Below are positions 57,682 to 64,000 of a DNA stretch of 64,000 bases, in pieces. The translations under genes and the position numbers were made by a program. The DNA is from Laetmonice hystrix. Taxonomy: Eukaryota. The first letter of the stretch is position 1. Each line of letters opens with the position of its first letter. The notes under the pieces were generated by a model that ran no database searches, was not told the DNA's origin, and saw only the letters and a program-made list of their open reading frames with translations. Location: positions 34,970,001-35,034,000 of the forward strand of contig OZ249440.1 of the NCBI GenBank assembly GCA_965235115.1, in the 5' to 3' direction.

Positions 57682-58366
57682 GTTGTTATGGTAACCTGGC
57701 CACTTCCTATTACGCGGCGGCACCGGCGTTGTAACGGTCGCGTAATTTATTCAAGCATAATAGTGTGGGGTCGGATACGGCTGACTGGGTTTGGAGCTGT
57801 GGTCAGCTGACTGGGTTGGTAGGCCTAGCTGTGGCCGGTAGTGCAAGGCGGGGCAGACGACTTTGGTACTGAGAGGCACACACATGTTCAAGCACAGCGC
57901 ACCCGGCAGGACCAGCACATACGAGCCTAACCAGTTTAAAGGAGCCACAAGGTAAAACTTGATGTGTTAGCGTGAAATATGACTGTGAATTATGTGCATA
58001 TTCTGTCGGCACACATATATATATTATATCTCATACCTCTCGTGTCTGTACATTCCAGTTTTCGACGGTTTCGGCGTTATATGTTCAAAATAAAGAACTA
58101 CAACAAAAAGAAAGCTGTATGGAACGTTGGCTAAAACAAACACACACTGGTGCGGCTACAGTCGAAAACTTGGCGATAACGTGGAGTAACAAGCAGATGT
58201 CACCCTAGCCATAAGACGAAAACGTGTGCTGGTCGCCTACCTTTCAAGACGACCACCATTGCGGCCGATGAATGCTACCTCAATCTCGCCTACCTTTCAA
58301 GACGACCACCATTGCGGCCGGTGAATGCTACCTGAATCTCAATCACGAACTTGTATACCTGCATAC

Positions 58367-58734
58367 AATGAGGGACTTCACACTCCTTGAGACGCATGCG
58401 CAACGGCACATTTCCAGTCATATCCGCGTGGCGGCAGCACTGTCGCCCGGTCCTCTTGGCTACACATTAGTATGAAGTTAGATAGGACGACGAAATGCTA
58501 ATCTGTGGCAGGATGTGTTTAGACTATTTGTTTTGAAAAATAATAACTTGATAGGCTTCACCATGTTGTAGAACTTCTAAAGGTACCATAATATTTCATA
58601 GCAAATAGCACTACGGCACCTAGCGATAGATTAGCATTTCGTCGACCTATCTAACGTCATAATAATGTGGCCCAAGGGGACCGGGTTGATAGTGCTGCCG
58701 CCACGCGGAAAAGACGGTAACAAAGTCCCTCATT
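58367..58734. mobile_element. MITE with long inverted arms
   Basis: AATGAGGGACTT...CCGCGTGGCGGCAGCACT...CGAAATGCTAATC mirrored by GATTAGCATTTCG...AGTGCTGCCGCCACGCGG...AAGTCCCTCATT. Confidence 0.75.
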
Positions 58735-59056
58735 AACGAACTACGAAGGTTACTGACACTTTGACAATTAGCGCCATTATGTAACTTGCGTATTCTTGCA
58801 GCGTGATAAACCTAACCTTGTCAATATCAAGGTTTATATGTTTACAATCTGGTGAAATGTTTGGTTGTATGTAAGTGCGTATTTTTACAGCGTGGTATAC
58901 CTATTTCATACTTGTAAAGCTTAGGTAATCTGATGATATGGTTGGTTGTATGTAAGTTGTTTAGTTGTATGTCAGCATCGATGGTGCCTCAGTACTCAAT
59001 GTAGATGGTAGAGTCCTTGATTTCTAAAGGGACAAACCCCCCGCTTCGGTTCTAAT

Positions 59057-59761
59057 ATGGCGGAAGGTCAGGATAAGGTCAACTATTTAGAAGGCCTGGG
59101 TTTAAGACGTAGCCTTCGTGAACATAAACCAACCGAAAAGATGGCTGCATATCGAGCTCAAGAAGCTACTGTTAAGGAAAAGAGATTTATGAAGGCTTAT
59201 GAGTCGTTTAAGGTACAACTAGTTTCAACAAGAGAGGAAGTTAAACAGGAATGTTCAGAAGATGTACTTTATGACTTGATTGATGGTATCGATAAGGGTT
59301 ATCTTGCTGTGGAAAAGGGGTATGAGGAATTAAAGTCGTATGCCTCTGAGATGGAGGACTTTACTCGGTACCAGCGTCGAATAGATTCTGCCACCGCCTG
59401 TAGAAAGGACATGGGTTCATATTTGGTCAGGAGGGTTAGCGAGTGCGGAGTTAAGGGATTCGAACCTACTGAAGAAATAGCCCAACTCAATCAACTCAAG
59501 AAATCCTATGCTGCTTCTGTATACAGCAGGGTTACTCGTTCTACGGATGACAAAAGCATTAGGGAGAAAGCAGCAGAGGCAGCCGCTACAGCAGCAGAGG
59601 CAGCCGCTACCTTAGCAGAGAAGAAAGTCCACCTGAAAGCGTTGAAGGAACAAGATGCAGAACAAACACGTCTGAAACGTCTTGAGTTTGAGAAGCGACA
59701 AAGGGATTTGAATATGGAGGAAGTCATTGAAGCGCAACGACAGAAACTGGAACTCCTGAAG
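59057..59761 (+). pseudogene. BEL/Pao-like gag N-terminus interrupted by LINE copy 3
   Basis: LRRSLREHKPTEK followed by Ala/Glu coiled coil (AAEAAA...KKVHLKALKEQ), as recalled for BEL gag; the ORF only stops inside the LINE tail. Confidence 0.65.
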
Positions 59762-59902
59762 GAGTGAGTGAGTGAGTAGTGGTGGTTTTGCGCCGTGTCG
59801 GCATCCGGGGCCATATTCACGGCGAAATCAGAGTTATAACACCATAAAACCAAAGGAACCTATTTTATCCCGGGTCCCAACGGGAACACCACCAAAACAC
59901 AT

Positions 59903-62900
59903 CTATAAAAGAGTCAGAAGTCCAGCCTCTGACAAGAACTCTAAAATCACTCCTGGTCTGACATTGCTATAAAGATCCTTAAGACTCGTCTCATTATAAA
60001 ACCTTTGTCTGATGAGAGTAAAATCACCACATTCGAGTAAAAGATGCTTCAGTGTCAAAGGACACTGACAGCCATAACATTCTGGAGGCGGCTCCCCCTT
60101 CAACAAAAACACATGGGTTAATCTAGAATGACCAACTCTGCATCGAGTAAAAACAATTTCATGCCTCCGTTGGGTTAGGCCATGATGATACCTTTGGTTT
60201 ACGATGGGACTGATCTGATACAATTTATTGTTTGGTTGTTCATCCCATTCAGCCTGCCATTTGTTCCTAACATAAGCCCAGATGGTAGGTCTGAGATCAG
60301 AAGCTGGGATTGGACACAGTTCGACGTCTGTTTCAAGAGCCCTCTTGGCAGTTCTGTCAGCTTGCTCATTGCCGGGGATGCCAACATGTCCAGGCACCCA
60401 GCAAAAGTGAATATCAAAGTTTGCATTAGCAAGCACTGCCAACTTGGACAAGATTTGAACGATCACTGGGTGATCTGTGTTCAAGTTAGCGAGTGCTTGC
60501 AGACAGGATAAGGAATCCGAGAAAATTACGAAGTCCTTTTCATTAGAAACTTCAATATTTTGAAGGGCAAGAAGCAGGGCCCGGGCCTCTGCTGAGAAGA
60601 TGGAACTTTGCCCTGAGATGCGGGTCCCGAAGTTGTGCTTGCCATGAACTGCTGCTGCAGCCACATCATTGCCATCCTTTGAGCCATCAGTATAGAAGGC
60701 ATAATGTGAGGGATACTTTGCCTGGACGTCAAGGAAATGATCAAAATATGTCAGGGGATGAGTCTCCGACTTCTTCAGTTGAGCCAACTGAAGGATGACA
60801 TCAGGCTTTTCTAGGTCCCAAGGAGGGATATTGCAAAAGTGTGTCTGCCCCAGGACGTTCAGATCAACATCCAGTTCCTCTAGATGAGGTTTCACCCTCA
60901 GTCCAAAAGGACGTATGTACGTTTCCTTTCTTTCATATAAATGTTGGAACTGAGGGTGAAAAACGCAATTGTAAGCTGGATTTGAACTGTTTGTCCTGAG
61001 CTTGACTGCATACTGCAGAGCCAGCTTCAGACGCCTGTTGTAAAGCGAGGGCTCTCTGGCCTCCACATAGAGGCTCTGAACAGGAGAAGTTCTAAAAGCC
61101 CCAAGTGAAAGCCGCAAACCCTGGTGGTGAACCGTGTCCAAAAGCCGTATGTAAGACTTACAAGCAGAGCCGTAAACTATGCTGCCGTAATCGAGCTTCG
61201 ACCGGATTAAAGCTCTGTACAGTTGTAAAAGGACTGTACTGTCTGCCCCCCAGTTTGTGCCGGATAAAACCTTGAGAACATCCAGAGCCTTAAGGCATCT
61301 GGATTTGAGCGATTTAATGTGAGGAATAAAAGACAGCTTGCTGTCAAAAGTGAGACCTAGAAACTTTGTCTCTTTAACAACTTTCACGGGATCTCCATCC
61401 ATTGTCAACTCGGGGTCAAGATGGAAGGCACGCAGCTTGCAAAAGTGCATGCAGACCGTTTTAGATTTGGAAAACTTAAAACCGTTTTCCACTGACCAAG
61501 TATGGATTCTATTCAGACAAAGCTGGAGTTGTCTTTCAATGGCATTCATGTTTTTGCCTCTGCAGCAGACGTTAAAGTCATCAACGAACAGGCTGCAGGG
61601 CATGCCAGTTTTAACCGAGTTAACAATGCTGTTGATCTTAAGACTAAAAAGGGTAACAGACAAAATGCTTCCCTGAGGCACACCTAATTCTTGGTCATGC
61701 AAGTCAGAGAGGGTAGTGCCTACTCTGACTTGAAAGTGTCTGTTCGATAAAAACCGAGATATGAAAATGGGCAAATGCCCCCTAAAACCCATATCATGCA
61801 AATCTTTTAAAATTCCATACTTCCATGTTGTGTCGTATGCCTTTTCTAGGTCAAAAAAGACGGCGACAACATGTTCACGGTTGATAAAAGCATCTCGGAT
61901 GTATGTCTCGAGTCTAATGAGATGATCGAGAGTACTTCTCCCTCGCCGGAAGCCGCACTGAAACTCAGTGATGAGTTGCTCAGACTCCAGCTTCCAGACG
62001 AGGCGATCATTAATCATTCTCTCCATGGTTTTACACAAGCAACTTGTTAGGGCTATTGGTCTGTAATTGTTAGCTTCACTATGGTCTTTTCCTGGTTTTG
62101 GGATGGGAATGATTATTGCTTCTTGCCAGGAAGGTGGAATATTACCAGTTGTCCAAATATTGTTGAAAATGTGGAGAAGGATGAGAAGTGTGGTGTCAGG
62201 CAAATGTTTTAGGAATTGGTAATGTATTTTATCAGGTCCAACTGCAGTGTCGTGTGATTTTTTAAGAGAGCATCTTAGTTCTTCAATGGAGAAGAGTTGG
62301 TTATACTCTTCTCTGTTGTCAGAGTTAAAGTTTAGTTTCCTTTTCTCTTTATGAGCACGAATGGCTTGGAATTGAGGGAGGCAGTTCCTGGAGGAGGAGT
62401 TTGTTTGAAAGGTATCAGCCAGTTTGTTTGCTATTGCATCTGTGGTGGTTAGTAAGGTGTCTTGATGTTTTAAGTGTTGGACTCCAGTACCACCTCCCTT
62501 GCCTTTAAGTTTCCGTATCATGTTCCAGACTTTTTTGATGGGAGTACGAGAGGTCAGGCTGGAGACGTAGTCTCTCCAGCTCTGCCTCCGTCTCTCTTTA
62601 CAGATACGGCGTGCCCTTGCTCTCATGATTTTATAATTAGTAAGGTTTACTGCAGTTGGATGCCTGTTGAAAAGGCGTTCTGCCTTTTTCCGGTCTTTAA
62701 TTGCTTGCTTGCATTCATCATTAAACCATGGATTTGAGACATGTTTAGGAATTGTCGAGGTTTTAGGAATTGTCTTGTCTGCAATGGAGATCAAAAGTGA
62801 GGTAAAATGCTCCATTGCATCAGGATCGTTAATGTTGTCTGCTGTGAATTCCTCCCGACAGAGGGTCTGGAAGGAGTGCCAGTCGGCTTTTTTAAGTTGC

Positions 62901-63586
62901 CACCTTTGTTGTTTTTCCCCCATGTCAGGCCTTTCATATGCAAGTATGGTGGGAAAGTGGTCACTCCCGCAAAGGTCGTCCCAGACCCTCCAGGAGAAAT
63001 CCAGCAGCAGATCTGGTTCAGCTATTGCAAGGTCAATGGCTGTATAAGTGCCATGACCGGGATGTAAGTATGTGTTGGAACCGTCATTAAAAATGCACAG
63101 AGCATGATTGTCAATGAACTCTTCAATCCTCTTGCCCTTACCATCAGTTGTGGTGCCACCCCATAACGGATTGTGGCCGTTAAAGTCTCCCAAAAGGAGA
63201 TATGGGGATGGTAGTTGACCCACTAGATCATCAAGATCCTGGTGGGCCAAGTTACTGTTTGGAGGAATGTATATGGAGCAGATAGTGATGGCTTTATGCA
63301 GAGTTAGGCGTATGGCTATTGCTTGTAACGGTGTGTCTATTGTAACAGGGCTATGGATGAGGTCTTGTCGAACCAGAATGGCAGTGCCGCCAGCAGCACG
63401 GTCACCATCTGGTGCAAAACCAAAGAAAGTCTGATAGCCCTTAAATGAGACCTTGTCTCGGGCAGTAAGAAATGTTTCTTGTAGGTAAAGGGCAAGAGGG
63501 TTGAGGGTTTCTGCTAAAAGTCTGAGTTCATTAAAATTGGCTCTAAAACCTCGACAATTCCACTGGAGGAAGCACTTGCCTGCCAT
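59903..63586 (-). CDS. LINE ORF2 (APE-RT-RNase H-CCHC), 1227 aa, checked motifs intact
   Basis: Open frame with KAYD, FVDD, YTDGS and C-x2-C...H...C. Confidence 0.96.
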   Translation of the reverse strand: MAGKCFLQWNCRGFRANFNELRLLAETLNPLALYLQETFLTARDKVSFKGYQTFFGFAPDGDRAAGGTAILVRQDLIHSPVTIDTPLQAIAIRLTLHKAITICSIYIPPNSNLAHQDLDDLVGQLPSPYLLLGDFNGHNPLWGGTTTDGKGKRIEEFIDNHALCIFNDGSNTYLHPGHGTYTAIDLAIAEPDLLLDFSWRVWDDLCGSDHFPTILAYERPDMGEKQQRWQLKKADWHSFQTLCREEFTADNINDPDAMEHFTSLLISIADKTIPKTSTIPKHVSNPWFNDECKQAIKDRKKAERLFNRHPTAVNLTNYKIMRARARRICKERRRQSWRDYVSSLTSRTPIKKVWNMIRKLKGKGGGTGVQHLKHQDTLLTTTDAIANKLADTFQTNSSSRNCLPQFQAIRAHKEKRKLNFNSDNREEYNQLFSIEELRCSLKKSHDTAVGPDKIHYQFLKHLPDTTLLILLHIFNNIWTTGNIPPSWQEAIIIPIPKPGKDHSEANNYRPIALTSCLCKTMERMINDRLVWKLESEQLITEFQCGFRRGRSTLDHLIRLETYIRDAFINREHVVAVFFDLEKAYDTTWKYGILKDLHDMGFRGHLPIFISRFLSNRHFQVRVGTTLSDLHDQELGVPQGSILSVTLFSLKINSIVNSVKTGMPCSLFVDDFNVCCRGKNMNAIERQLQLCLNRIHTWSVENGFKFSKSKTVCMHFCKLRAFHLDPELTMDGDPVKVVKETKFLGLTFDSKLSFIPHIKSLKSRCLKALDVLKVLSGTNWGADSTVLLQLYRALIRSKLDYGSIVYGSACKSYIRLLDTVHHQGLRLSLGAFRTSPVQSLYVEAREPSLYNRRLKLALQYAVKLRTNSSNPAYNCVFHPQFQHLYERKETYIRPFGLRVKPHLEELDVDLNVLGQTHFCNIPPWDLEKPDVILQLAQLKKSETHPLTYFDHFLDVQAKYPSHYAFYTDGSKDGNDVAAAAVHGKHNFGTRISGQSSIFSAEARALLLALQNIEVSNEKDFVIFSDSLSCLQALANLNTDHPVIVQILSKLAVLANANFDIHFCWVPGHVGIPGNEQADRTAKRALETDVELCPIPASDLRPTIWAYVRNKWQAEWDEQPNNKLYQISPIVNQRYHHGLTQRRHEIVFTRCRVGHSRLTHVFLLKGEPPPECYGCQCPLTLKHLLLECGDFTLIRQRFYNETSLKDLYSNVRPGVILEFLSEAGLLTLL

Positions 63587-64000
63587 CAAGGTGGTTTGAC
63601 AGGCAGACGCCCCCTAGTTTTAATTTTTGGGGAAAGGCTGCGACTACGGCAAGATGTAGTGTCAGCCATTTCAACATCTTGAAGATGTTGAAACTTGTTT
63701 GTGAGTGCTATTGCACTATTGTTGGAGGCTGCCTTGGGCAGCCGATCTGTGATAATTTTCTTTTTTGTCTTGTCTTTTGTTGAGGGATTAACTGAGTCTT
63801 TTTGGGGAGTAGTGGGGGGTTTGCTCGGTCCGGCCTGTGGAGGAGGATCCGAGGTTGTCTGGCTCTGTGTGTTGACAGCTTTTTTAGGTGGCTGACTCGT
63901 GCTGTCAGCGGGATCAGTGTAGGTCACGGGCACATCCCTCTTGACCCACACCATCTCAGTTTGACACGCGAACGTCCGTGTGGTAGGTTTTGTAGCGGCA
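63586..64000 (-). CDS. LINE ORF1, 3' part (window-truncated)
   Basis: Ends ...RSRSLSPKIKTRGRLPVKPP as in other copies; linker region diverged. Confidence 0.9.
   Translation of the reverse strand, partial: AATKPTTRTFACQTEMVWVKRDVPVTYTDPADSTSQPPKKAVNTQSQTTSDPPPQAGPSKPPTTPQKDSVNPSTKDKTKKKIITDRLPKAASNNSAIALTNKFQHLQDVEMADTTSCRSRSLSPKIKTRGRLPVKPP

Larger units (their letters stand above)
59762..64000 (-). mobile_element. LINE copy 3 (different subfamily), runs off the window end
   Basis: (GAGT)n tail, 3' UTR of the 1171/27481 type, intact ORF2, ORF1 3' part. Confidence 0.96.

Noticed and set aside
58740..59056. BEL 5' LTR and primer-binding site
   Set aside because: No convincing TG...CA boundaries or tRNA-complementary site identified by eye.
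35548..63067. Recurrent short antisense or alternate-frame ORFs in the LINE copies
   Set aside because: They recur only because the copies are near-identical; no recognisable motifs.

Overview
Animal (probably marine invertebrate, by inference) genomic DNA made almost entirely of nested transposable elements; no clear housekeeping gene, no rRNA/tRNA, no CRISPR. Main content: (1) eight pieces of one I-group/Nimb-like LINE family (ORF1 with 3 CCHC knuckles; ORF2 APE-RT-RNase H-CCHC): two full-length copies, a third cut by the window edge, four 5'-truncated pieces and one isolated 5' end, seven of the eight on the minus strand; (2) a 12-kb P-superfamily DNA transposon with TIRs, 7-bp TSD and a THAP transposase that splices into an uninterrupted 9-exon, ~894-aa ORF, with a HINE-like element carrying an 11 x 258-bp higher-order satellite in intron 7; (3) a decayed pogo-type (DD35D) element; (4) an Academ-like foldback element with transposase 3' ends in both arms; (5) Gypsy, BEL/Pao and DIRS fragments, two solo LTRs, many MITEs; (6) spliced remnants of a SWIM-finger gene and an OB-fold gene. 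Best leads: related predicted RNA pseudoknots at both ends of the LINE, the apparently intact intron-rich P element, and the Academ foldback. All calls are from manual reading; no database searches or alignments were run.
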